IMG/VR virus record: IMGVR_UViG_3300046692_000091
Span: 250,815 to 314,814 of that record
Reading direction: 5' to 3' (one strand)
DNA length: 64,000 nucleotides
The position numbers were made by a program, and so were the translations under genes. The notes under the pieces are model-generated. The model had not been told where the DNA came from, did no database searches, and saw only the letters and a program-made list of their open reading frames with translations. This document shows positions 17,945 to 26,268 of this stretch, piece by piece. Positions within the stretch are counted from its first letter, which is position 1. Every line of letters starts with the position of its first letter.

Positions 17945-18694
17945 ATGTCCCAAGGCAACATGCCAGCACCAATTCTGAACGCATTCTCGGTCATGTCGAC
18001 CTGGCTGTACGCAGCTCCTGTTCAGGGTTCTACCAAACGTCCATCGATCCGCTTTGCTGTTCGTGGTAACGTACCGACGATCTTCACCAAGACCGGGGTA
18101 GATGGCGATGAGAACCATGGCAAGATCGACTTCCGTATGGATCTCGCAACCTTCGCTGCGGCAATGCATTACATCAAGCAACTCGTGAACAAAGTTGAAG
18201 GTGTTCCAACCAAACGTATTTTCATCTATCAGGATGACTTCCTGGCAGGTAAGAAACTGGACAAAGTAATTCCTCTGTCCAAGTGGGAAATCGGTCGTGC
18301 ACAAGACGGTCGTGTATACATGGCAGTGCTGTCTACCAAGACCAGTCGCCCACGTATCCCATTCTACTTCGGTCCATCCAAGTATCACTCCATCCAGAAT
18401 GGTGATGGTTCTGAGATCACCCCGGTAGAAATGTCTGAAGCCTATGCAATGGGTTTCATGGTCCCAGCTGAAGCAATCGTTTACAACCTGATGGTTTCCT
18501 CGTTCGACGAGAATGCCAAGAACGTTGCTAACCCAGCCAACTTCGCTGGTGGTAGTGGCGGCGGTGGCGGTAATCGTGGCGGTAACTTCGGTGGTGGTGG
18601 CCAACGTAGTGGCGGCAATAGCTACAGTGGCGGCGGTAGCAGCTCCCCTGCCCCAATGGCAGATGCTGGCTTCGGCGATGTAATGGATTTCTGA
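17945..18694 (+). CDS. chmC: ChmC / Imp6, nucleus-associated RNA-binding protein (phiKZ gp67 / PhiPA3 gp61-like)
   Basis: Beta-rich N-domain plus a Gly/Asn/Ser/Arg low-complexity tail; lies just upstream of the gp68 and picA orthologues. Confidence 0.75.
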   Translation: MSQGNMPAPILNAFSVMSTWLYAAPVQGSTKRPSIRFAVRGNVPTIFTKTGVDGDENHGKIDFRMDLATFAAAMHYIKQLVNKVEGVPTKRIFIYQDDFLAGKKLDKVIPLSKWEIGRAQDGRVYMAVLSTKTSRPRIPFYFGPSKYHSIQNGDGSEITPVEMSEAYAMGFMVPAEAIVYNLMVSSFDENAKNVANPANFAGGSGGGGGNRGGNFGGGGQRSGGNSYSGGGSSSPAPMADAGFGDVMDF

Positions 18695-18749
18695 TAAAAG
18701 TATAAGGCGTCCTCATTAGAGGATGCTCTATGCCCCAACTGCGGGACTG

Positions 18750-18779
18750 GAAAAAATCTCAGATCTATATTACTACTTT
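18750..18779 (+). promoter_or_regulatory. Early promoter, exact copy of the chmA promoter
   Basis: 30-bp identity with 8525-8554; contains TATATTAC. Confidence 0.8.
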
Positions 18780-18801
18780 AGATATCTGAAGAGTAAAAAC
18801 G

Positions 18802-18972
18802 ATGGCAATGTCTGACTGTATCAAATGTTGGGAAACACCATGCTGCTGTGGCCACGAATACAAAACGTATCCGTTGTCTAAGCTGCTTGAGATCTACGAT
18901 GTGGTAAAGAAAGAACTCGTCAGTCGGGGTAAACTTCCGGAAGAAGAGAATGTAACACCACCGCAACAATGA
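18802..18972 (+). CDS. Cys-rich microprotein (56 aa) absent from the ORF track
   Basis: MAMSDCIKCWETPCCCGHEYKTYPLSKLLEIYDVVKKELVSRGKLPEEENVTPPQQ*; fills the gap between the early promoter and the gp68 gene. Confidence 0.7.
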   Translation: MAMSDCIKCWETPCCCGHEYKTYPLSKLLEIYDVVKKELVSRGKLPEEENVTPPQQ

Positions 18973-18979
18973 GGGCTCC

Positions 18980-20554
18980 ATGCAATTATTGGTTTCTGGT
19001 ATTCAAGGTAGTGGCTTCACAGAAGTAACTGCAGAACACAAGGGTAAAAGGCTTGCGTTCACCACAAAGATCTACTGCAAGGTAAAACTAGCAGATCAAC
19101 AACGAGTCTTTAAGGAGATTAATAGTTACTGGGAATTCCTCGGTGAAGCGCCTCAAGAGAAGATCTGGGAATCTTATCAGAAGATCCATGAGATTCTGAA
19201 CATGTCGTTGGATTCCATGCGAGTAGCAATGTCGCTGAGACATTACATTCGTGAACTATATACACACATGCCAATGAACGGCATGCGTCGTTGGTTGTCG
19301 ACAATGGGTAACTTGTTTATCCCAGTTGAAATCGAACGTGTGATTACAGCTGAGTCCCGTTACAACAAGAAAGACCAGACGTATCTCGAGCACGAATATA
19401 TCAACCTGGCAACTGTCTCGTTGGCTATCCGTCCGATGATTCCGATCTTTGGTGAGTATCTCGAAAGCAGTTCCGAGTATGACCATAACAAAGAAACGGA
19501 AGTGTTGGGTCTGCTGCATGATTGTGAAGTAGCGAACTGGCCGTTGAATGAAGTTGGTCCTCATGGCGAGGAAGTTGATACCGCATTCGATAAGCTTGCT
19601 GGTTATGTGCAGTTCTGTGTGGAAGATGAACCGACCACACTCGGTCGACTGTGGCGTGGGATGTCCTCGGTAGAAGTACCAGTACACTTGCGATCCAAAG
19701 TTCTGGTTCGTCGATTGACGATTGTTCCTCTGGATGACATTACATCGTTCTCCATTGTAGCAAACGCATACCGCTACGTTCGTTCTATCATCAACCCGAA
19801 TGAACGAACCACAGCGGAACGAGTCAATGAAAAGAAACCCGAGTCTGGTGGAGATGAAGATGAAAAGACTTCCTTTCTCGAAGCGCACAAAACCAAGCAT
19901 CGGGTGCCACCAGGTGACATTGAAGCCTTCAACATCGACACTTACGATCATGTCAAACTCGCCCAGCGGGTTGATCCTACAGTTTGTCTGAAGAAGCTTC
20001 AGCAGTGCCTGAGTGCAATGAAGAATGTTCAAGGTGTGGCAATCAATCCACATCAAGTCAAGATTGCCCAATGGGTAATGGCGAAAGCATTCCCAGCCAA
20101 AGCATTCTATCACACCAACAAGATCGCTACGAACAACATGCTTGCAACTTCTCAAGCATTGCTCTGGCATTGGGGCTTCCTGGACATCGCGGTGTTCCAG
20201 CAAGTTGAACTACTCAAGCAAGGTGAATCGGGTTCTCAATTCCAATTGGGTTCTACTCGAACGAACTCTCGCATTCCGAATCGTTATAAAGACGAACTGA
20301 ATGAACTGTTCCCTCACCAGAAGGCGCCACAGTATACCAATGCCGGTGTACCGATGCGTACTGAGAATATGGCAGGCACTGCAATCAGTACTGCTACCGC
20401 ATCTATCCATGCTTCCAATTGGATCTATCGCGGACCGGATGAACTGTATAAAGAAGCTGGTCAAGTGACTAGCAACCAAGTGCTGGTGATTCCGCAGACA
20501 ATCAAGGCTACGCTGACAGAACTCGTTCTGCATCTGGGCCGTCTTAATAAGTAA
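18980..20554 (+). CDS. Non-virion RNA polymerase sigma-like specificity subunit (phiKZ gp68-like)
   Basis: Close to phiKZ gp68 as recalled: GFTEV..EH.GKRL, QQRVF.EIN.YW, KTSF.E.HKTK.RV.PGDI, LWHWGF, ELV.HLG.LN. Confidence 0.92.
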   Translation: MQLLVSGIQGSGFTEVTAEHKGKRLAFTTKIYCKVKLADQQRVFKEINSYWEFLGEAPQEKIWESYQKIHEILNMSLDSMRVAMSLRHYIRELYTHMPMNGMRRWLSTMGNLFIPVEIERVITAESRYNKKDQTYLEHEYINLATVSLAIRPMIPIFGEYLESSSEYDHNKETEVLGLLHDCEVANWPLNEVGPHGEEVDTAFDKLAGYVQFCVEDEPTTLGRLWRGMSSVEVPVHLRSKVLVRRLTIVPLDDITSFSIVANAYRYVRSIINPNERTTAERVNEKKPESGGDEDEKTSFLEAHKTKHRVPPGDIEAFNIDTYDHVKLAQRVDPTVCLKKLQQCLSAMKNVQGVAINPHQVKIAQWVMAKAFPAKAFYHTNKIATNNMLATSQALLWHWGFLDIAVFQQVELLKQGESGSQFQLGSTRTNSRIPNRYKDELNELFPHQKAPQYTNAGVPMRTENMAGTAISTATASIHASNWIYRGPDELYKEAGQVTSNQVLVIPQTIKATLTELVLHLGRLNK

Positions 20555-20569
20555 TCAAGAGGTAGATCA

Positions 20570-22243
20570 ATGTACAACGCCATGACTGGTATGGGCAACC
20601 CTAACGTTCGTATTGGTAATCTCGTTCTGGTTCAATCCGGTACTTACCAAGAGCAACACATGCGTCCATTCCAAATGAACGTGTCTAATGATGCAATCAA
20701 TGCATTGCATTCTGCTACTCGGGGTGGTATGAACCTGGGTGTATCGGCAGTGCAGGATATTGCTGGCACGATCGTTCAGCCTGCAGCTATGACCGAAGGT
20801 GTCGTAGGCATCTGTGGTGAAGGTTGGCAGTCCCGTCGTTTCCGTGGTATGGTTCGTGTGCATGAAGAACACCCGATTGTTAAGGGTACTTCTACCCAGC
20901 GCATCTTCTTCATCTATACCGATCAGTGCGATGTGTCGTTGGGTAATCTGCTCGACCCACGCATGCGTGTCTATTTCAACTCCGAAACTGTAATCGCTGA
21001 GAACGTGAAGCAAACCCCAATGGGACTGCAGAAGTTCGCGAAAGTAGTATCGGCTAACCAGATCGTAACTCCAGTTGACATGATGGCTGGTGGCAATGGT
21101 CTGTTCAGTGCTCCATCGTCTCACCTGATCCGTCCTGAAGATATCTTCTCGATCGGTCAGACTGGTGCTATCGTAGAACGTCTCCAGAACTCTGGTCGTT
21201 TCGCCGGTACTATCAACCGCATGCATGATCACCGGACTATGGTTGGTGAGTGCGGGGCTTATCAGTATTCCCATCGGCAGGATACTTCTCCAGTTCGTTA
21301 TGTATCCAACACCCTGAGTGCATTCCAGCATTCCGTGCGTGAAGCAGACATGCTGGGTGATGATCAGTTCGGTAACACTGCAGCTAACTCGAAAGAGCAT
21401 CTGTATGGTGAAGCTCAAGCATTCTCCGCTAACCAGAACATTCACTCTAACTCCTTCTTGGCTATTCTGAAGGAACGTGCGAATTACATGGAACGTGGTT
21501 TCGTGACTTGGGGTGAGCTGTGTGCATTGTTCCCAGAACTGGTACAGCAACACGGTTGCGCACAATGGTCGATGGACAATGGTCAGTCGATGCGGAAAGT
21601 GAACTTCGCTGATCACTCGATGCACTTCCATGGCGCAGACATGACTTCCATCGCGGCGTCTACTCTGGCTCAAACCATTCCATCGCTGATGATGGATACA
21701 TTCCTGCGACATGTAAGTTTCGCAGTAACCAATGGTGACATGCCTGGGCAGTATCGTTTCGAGTTCCATGGTGAAGGCGTTAAGTCTATCATGGAAGGTG
21801 TAGACATGCGTCCGTATCTGGTAGAGTTCGAACGTCGTCTGGCAACAGATTGCTTAAACACTATCTCGATGAACAATCAGATCCCATTCCAACTGTCCAT
21901 GTCCTCCGACCTGGCTGGTGATTCGGTAATCGATATCTCGCTACAAGGTGAATCGATCATTCGCTATGTAGCTCCGACTTTCACCGATGGTCTGTTCGCT
22001 CCAATCATTACCCGCGATCCTGCGAAGGCAAGCAAAATCGCATGCGACATGCTGTATCTGGTGTCGGAAGTTGTACCGAATGCTCCGAAGGCATCTGCGC
22101 TCCAAGCAATGGCTCAAGGTGGCGCAATGCAAGAACAGTTCATGGTTACGCCATACATGCATCCAACCATGCCAGCTGCTCAATATAACCCTGCTCAAAT
22201 TCAACAAGGTGCTCTGAATGCTGTCTCTTTCGAAGGTCTATGA
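20570..22243 (+). CDS. picA: PicA / Imp1 nuclear protein import factor (phiKZ gp69-like)
   Basis: 557 aa, directly downstream of the gp68 orthologue (conserved synteny); GTYQEQHMRPF and LIRPEDIF segments. Confidence 0.78.
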   Translation: MYNAMTGMGNPNVRIGNLVLVQSGTYQEQHMRPFQMNVSNDAINALHSATRGGMNLGVSAVQDIAGTIVQPAAMTEGVVGICGEGWQSRRFRGMVRVHEEHPIVKGTSTQRIFFIYTDQCDVSLGNLLDPRMRVYFNSETVIAENVKQTPMGLQKFAKVVSANQIVTPVDMMAGGNGLFSAPSSHLIRPEDIFSIGQTGAIVERLQNSGRFAGTINRMHDHRTMVGECGAYQYSHRQDTSPVRYVSNTLSAFQHSVREADMLGDDQFGNTAANSKEHLYGEAQAFSANQNIHSNSFLAILKERANYMERGFVTWGELCALFPELVQQHGCAQWSMDNGQSMRKVNFADHSMHFHGADMTSIAASTLAQTIPSLMMDTFLRHVSFAVTNGDMPGQYRFEFHGEGVKSIMEGVDMRPYLVEFERRLATDCLNTISMNNQIPFQLSMSSDLAGDSVIDISLQGESIIRYVAPTFTDGLFAPIITRDPAKASKIACDMLYLVSEVVPNAPKASALQAMAQGGAMQEQFMVTPYMHPTMPAAQYNPAQIQQGALNAVSFEGL

Positions 22244-23651
22244 AGGTATCCTGAAGTCCATGCAATATGACGTGGACGAAACAGGACTGGTGAGTATCAT
22301 TACTCCCACAGGTACTAAGGCCGAAGCAACCGTAGGCGGCGCCCGTCTGGTAGTTCCAACTCAGAAGCGTCTGCGTGATGGCTTCACGGAAGACCTGCAA
22401 CCGTATCACCCATTGTGCGAGTCCATCTCGCGCCGTGGTACTTCCCCAGTACTGCAACACATGCAGCGTTCGGTAAAACAGCATCTGGGTTTCCTGGTGT
22501 CGTTCCTGGCCGATGCTTTGGTGAAGATGTCTCTGAATACCAGCATCCATAAAGACCTGCCACCCGACATGTCCGATGTGCTGATGAAGCTTACCGGTGT
22601 AACTGATAAGACTCAGTCGATCCTGGACAAGCTGATCCCTGCTGCACACAAACAGAATAAGCTGGTAACAGTTTATCTGAAAGGCGCTGGCACATTCCAA
22701 GGTCAGAAGGTTAATCGGATTGCTGTAATCCGTTTCCCGATCCTGGATGAGTTGGACAATGATTCTGATAAAGACATGGTCCTCGGTGTTAAGGTTCCAG
22801 CCAAGCAGCGTAAAGTGATCTCTGGTCTGCTGCGTCTGATCATTCCATTCGGTGATAGCCCTGAAGAATATTCGGCTGGTACCATCAGTCGTGTAGCTCC
22901 ATTCTTCACAGCGTTCCTGCAGGCGTATCACAAGATCGCAACCCGCATGAACCAATCGATCAATCGTTTCGCTGGTCCTCTGGCATTGCCTCTGAAACCA
23001 ATCGAACTGTTCCCACTGGAATGGATCGACCAGTTCCCAGCAATCTACAACCAGATCCCATCGTTGAATGGTAATGATGGCGGTACCGATGAAGTAGCTG
23101 AGGAAACTCAAGCAGCTCCACAAGTACAGCAACAGCGTCAATCACAGAACAATGTGGTTACTCCGACTCTGCAGAATACCATGCCGCAGATTGGTAGTCA
23201 CATCGCTAACCAGTTCAACTTCAACCAGCAGCCAGTGGTTCCACAGAACCAACGACCAGCAGCAGCTTCTGCACCACAGAACCAGAAGCCTAAGCAAACC
23301 GTAGCTGATCTGATGCGTGGTACTACTCCACAAATGCCTCAGATGCCGCAGTATGCTCCACCGCAACAAATGTATCAGCAACAACAGCAATACCCACAAC
23401 AGCAGATGGTTAACCAATATGGCCAGATCATCCAGCAGCAGATGCCTCAGATGCATGCAGGCGGTCAGGCTCAACTGCCATGGGTAATGCAACAGCAACA
23501 ACAGATGCAACCACAGAACCCGTACTTGCAAGTGTTCCAACAGCCTCAGATGCAACAGCAACAACCGCAGGTGATGCAGTACGGCCAATACCCACAACAA
23601 CAGATGTTCCAACAACCACAACAAGTCCAATACGGAAGTAACGGACTGTAA
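22218..23651 (+). CDS. Conserved nucleus-block protein with a long Gln/Pro-rich tail (phiKZ gp70-like)
   Basis: 477 aa; about the last 180 aa are Q/P/M-rich; overlaps the picA stop. Confidence 0.8.
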   Translation: MLSLSKVYEGILKSMQYDVDETGLVSIITPTGTKAEATVGGARLVVPTQKRLRDGFTEDLQPYHPLCESISRRGTSPVLQHMQRSVKQHLGFLVSFLADALVKMSLNTSIHKDLPPDMSDVLMKLTGVTDKTQSILDKLIPAAHKQNKLVTVYLKGAGTFQGQKVNRIAVIRFPILDELDNDSDKDMVLGVKVPAKQRKVISGLLRLIIPFGDSPEEYSAGTISRVAPFFTAFLQAYHKIATRMNQSINRFAGPLALPLKPIELFPLEWIDQFPAIYNQIPSLNGNDGGTDEVAEETQAAPQVQQQRQSQNNVVTPTLQNTMPQIGSHIANQFNFNQQPVVPQNQRPAAASAPQNQKPKQTVADLMRGTTPQMPQMPQYAPPQQMYQQQQQYPQQQMVNQYGQIIQQQMPQMHAGGQAQLPWVMQQQQQMQPQNPYLQVFQQPQMQQQQPQVMQYGQYPQQQMFQQPQQVQYGSNGL

Positions 23652-23680
23652 CGGCATATTGGGAGCCTTAGGGCTCCCAA
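23652..23680. terminator. Bidirectional hairpin between convergent genes
   Basis: CGGCATA then TTGGGAGCC-TTAG-GGCTCCCAA. Confidence 0.7.
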
Positions 23681-23683
23681 TTG

Positions 23684-24049
23684 CTATTTAAATTTTCTAC
23701 TCATATAGAGTCGAACGATGTTGTCAATCTGGTTTTGGTTAGGCCTGATCAACACTGGTCGAACCAATGGGTTACTCGGATCACGCATTTCTTTAGCGAA
23801 TTGATTCGGATTAGTCATTCCATTTATACGCAGATGAATGAAGTGGTATTCTGGAGGAATGCCCTTCTCCACTAGGTAACCGTAAAAATCACCTTCATAC
23901 TGATAGAAGAGATCCAATGGGATGTCCTCTACTGCTGCGGCCCGGTTGATTAGTAAGTTGAGATGCGTCTCTAACACCAATCGGAAATCCGAGTCGTAAT
24001 ATAATTCCGATCCCGGTTTAGCCATTTTGTTGAAAATCGTGAAGGCCAT
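23684..24049 (-). CDS. Small conserved protein
   Basis: 121 aa, divergent from the nvRNAP beta gene, ends at the hairpin. Confidence 0.75.
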   Translation of the reverse strand: MAFTIFNKMAKPGSELYYDSDFRLVLETHLNLLINRAAAVEDIPLDLFYQYEGDFYGYLVEKGIPPEYHFIHLRINGMTNPNQFAKEMRDPSNPLVRPVLIRPNQNQIDNIVRLYMSRKFK

Positions 24050-24073
24050 TGTAGTTTTCCTATTGCATTGGAT

Positions 24074-24092
24074 TTCAGATATATATCACACT
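24074..24092 (+). promoter_or_regulatory. Early promoter candidate for the nvRNAP beta/beta' genes
   Basis: TCAGATATATATCAC; 14 bp shared with 7107-7120. Confidence 0.65.
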
Positions 24093-24113
24093 ATTGCTAA
24101 CCAAACAGGAGCA

Positions 24114-26261
24114 ATGCCAACAGTGTATCAAGTCTCTGAAGCATATCAACAAAAACTGCGTGATCGTAACATTGATGAAACGCTATTGGGTAATGCGTGT
24201 CTCGATCCGTTTTATGGAACGACATCGTCTGCACGTGGTGCCATGTTCTTGTCGCACATTGGCCAATCCCCAGAGTCTGAAGGTTGTGAACCTCGCCGAT
24301 TCCAGGCTGGTATGGAAATGCAGTTTGGTGAATACACATTCGATGTGAAGTTCCCAGTAGACTGTGTGATCCTGAACGTTATTCGTAAGTATCCTACCTC
24401 GGGTATGGGTTCTGCGATTCGACGTAACCCAGTGACTACAATCATCTTCGAACATTATTACGATAAGCATAAGACGAAAGATGTCTTGCATATCAGTGAC
24501 TATTGCTCGATGCACCAGGACTTCGGTTTCAAGCTCGAAAAGAACAAGAAGGTAATGGAGAACCTGGTCCCAGGCCAGATGTTTGCCAAAGGTACTGTCA
24601 TCGCACAAACCCGTGCTGTTCGTGAAGACGGAATGTGGGGTGGCGGTGTAAACATGAATGCCATGTTCATGTCGATGCCTGGTACTATTGAAGACGGATT
24701 CGTGTTCTCTGATCGTGCATTGGAGAAGCTCAGTCCCCGCATCTATAACGATGCGATCGGTAACGCTGGTCGTAAAGCATTCTTCCTGAACATGTATGGC
24801 GATGAGAATCTCTATAAGCCATTCCCAGACATCGGTGATAAGATCCGTCCTGACGGTGTGGTCTTCGCTCTACGGGATCTTGATCCAGATCTGTCTCCAG
24901 CAGACATGACTTCTCGGGCACTGATGACACTCGACCGAACATTCGATCGGGCTACTATCGGTATCCCAGGTGCAACTGTAGTTGATATCAACATCTATCG
25001 TGATGATCGGGTTAACCCATCGCACACACCACTCGGTATGGATGAACAGCTCGTTAAGTATCACACGGCGCTGTCGAACTATTATCGAGAGATCATGAAA
25101 GTCTATCAAGGACTCTATGGTCGTTGGAAAGAATCGCTACGGATCACTCCAGCATTCCACCAACTGGTAGTAGAAGCTCAGATCCATCTACCTGTTAAAC
25201 AAGAACAGCGTAAGCTCAGCCGGATGTATCGTCTGGAGCCATTGGATGAATGGCGTGTAAGTCTCACCTATGAAGCTATCAAGATGCCTGGTGGTGCTTA
25301 TAAAGCTACCGACTGGCACGGTGGTAAGGGTGTAGTCTGTGAAGTGAAGCCATGGCAGGATATGCCAGTAGACCAATGGGGTAACTATGCCGACGTTGTG
25401 ATCTTCGGTGGCTCTACCATGCGACGGTCGAACTATGGTCGACTGTATGAACAAGGTCTAGGTGCAGCTGCACGAGATCTGGTACAGCGTCTGCGTGTAG
25501 AGAAAGGCCTGGATCGTCATGAGACTCCAACTGAAGCCCAGTTGAAAGCAGTAATGGCAGATCGGGAATGGGTTGACTATGCTTTCAAAGAGCTGATCGA
25601 CTTCTATCACATCGTAGCGCCATCGATGCCAGAGATCTTGCTGGATCAACCTGAACCTGCACAGCATGTGTATCACGTATTGCGCGATCAGTATTATCTG
25701 TTCACCCCGGTAACAGATCAGGTAAGTCTGATGGAGTGCGTTAACAAGATCACGAACTCTCGGTTCTGCCCGAACTTCGGTCCTGTAACATATCGAGATC
25801 AAGCTGGGCGTGTAGTGACTACGGTCAAGAACGTCTTGAGTGGTTATCTGTATATCATGCTGCTGGAGAAGATCGGTGAAGACTGGTCCGCTGTAGCTTC
25901 TGTGAAAACACAACCATTCGGTCTGCCATCGAAATTGAATAACTCTGACCGGGCATCTACTCCTGGTCGTGAAACAGCTATTCGTTCTCTTGGTGAATCG
26001 GAAACCCGCTCGTATAACTCGGTAGTCGGTCCAGAGCCTACTAACGAACTGGTAGATCAAACCAACAACCCACAAGCGCACATCGCGGTAGTTAACTCTA
26101 TCCTGACTGCGGACATGCCAACCAACATCGCCAGAGCAGTTGACCGTAAGGTAATCCCATTCGGTAACTCTCGACCAGTTGCATTGCTGAATCACTTACT
26201 GGAATGTCGAGGTCTGCGCCTCGTCTATAAACCAGACTCCGAAATCCGTTACGCTGCTTGA
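24114..26261 (+). CDS. Non-virion RNA polymerase beta subunit, C-terminal part (phiKZ gp71-73-like)
   Basis: DPFYGTTSSARGAM, GTIEDG, YK.TDWHGGKGV, RRSNYGRLYE, LEKIGEDWS, RSLGESETR; ATG 24114 with GGAG SD; no intron. Confidence 0.95.
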   Translation: MPTVYQVSEAYQQKLRDRNIDETLLGNACLDPFYGTTSSARGAMFLSHIGQSPESEGCEPRRFQAGMEMQFGEYTFDVKFPVDCVILNVIRKYPTSGMGSAIRRNPVTTIIFEHYYDKHKTKDVLHISDYCSMHQDFGFKLEKNKKVMENLVPGQMFAKGTVIAQTRAVREDGMWGGGVNMNAMFMSMPGTIEDGFVFSDRALEKLSPRIYNDAIGNAGRKAFFLNMYGDENLYKPFPDIGDKIRPDGVVFALRDLDPDLSPADMTSRALMTLDRTFDRATIGIPGATVVDINIYRDDRVNPSHTPLGMDEQLVKYHTALSNYYREIMKVYQGLYGRWKESLRITPAFHQLVVEAQIHLPVKQEQRKLSRMYRLEPLDEWRVSLTYEAIKMPGGAYKATDWHGGKGVVCEVKPWQDMPVDQWGNYADVVIFGGSTMRRSNYGRLYEQGLGAAARDLVQRLRVEKGLDRHETPTEAQLKAVMADREWVDYAFKELIDFYHIVAPSMPEILLDQPEPAQHVYHVLRDQYYLFTPVTDQVSLMECVNKITNSRFCPNFGPVTYRDQAGRVVTTVKNVLSGYLYIMLLEKIGEDWSAVASVKTQPFGLPSKLNNSDRASTPGRETAIRSLGESETRSYNSVVGPEPTNELVDQTNNPQAHIAVVNSILTADMPTNIARAVDRKVIPFGNSRPVALLNHLLECRGLRLVYKPDSEIRYAA

Positions 26262-26268
26262 GGTATTA

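Noticed and set aside
23120-23640. CAG/CAA-rich tandem repeats as an independent repeat element
   Set aside because: Fully explained by the Gln-rich coding tail of the gp70-like gene.
24027-24113. 29-aa N-terminal extension of nvRNAP beta; likewise extensions at 15646, 28230, 41963, 55433, 58673 and 60248
   Set aside because: They run through promoters, terminators or neighbouring genes. Downstream ATGs mostly have SDs and match the expected protein starts.
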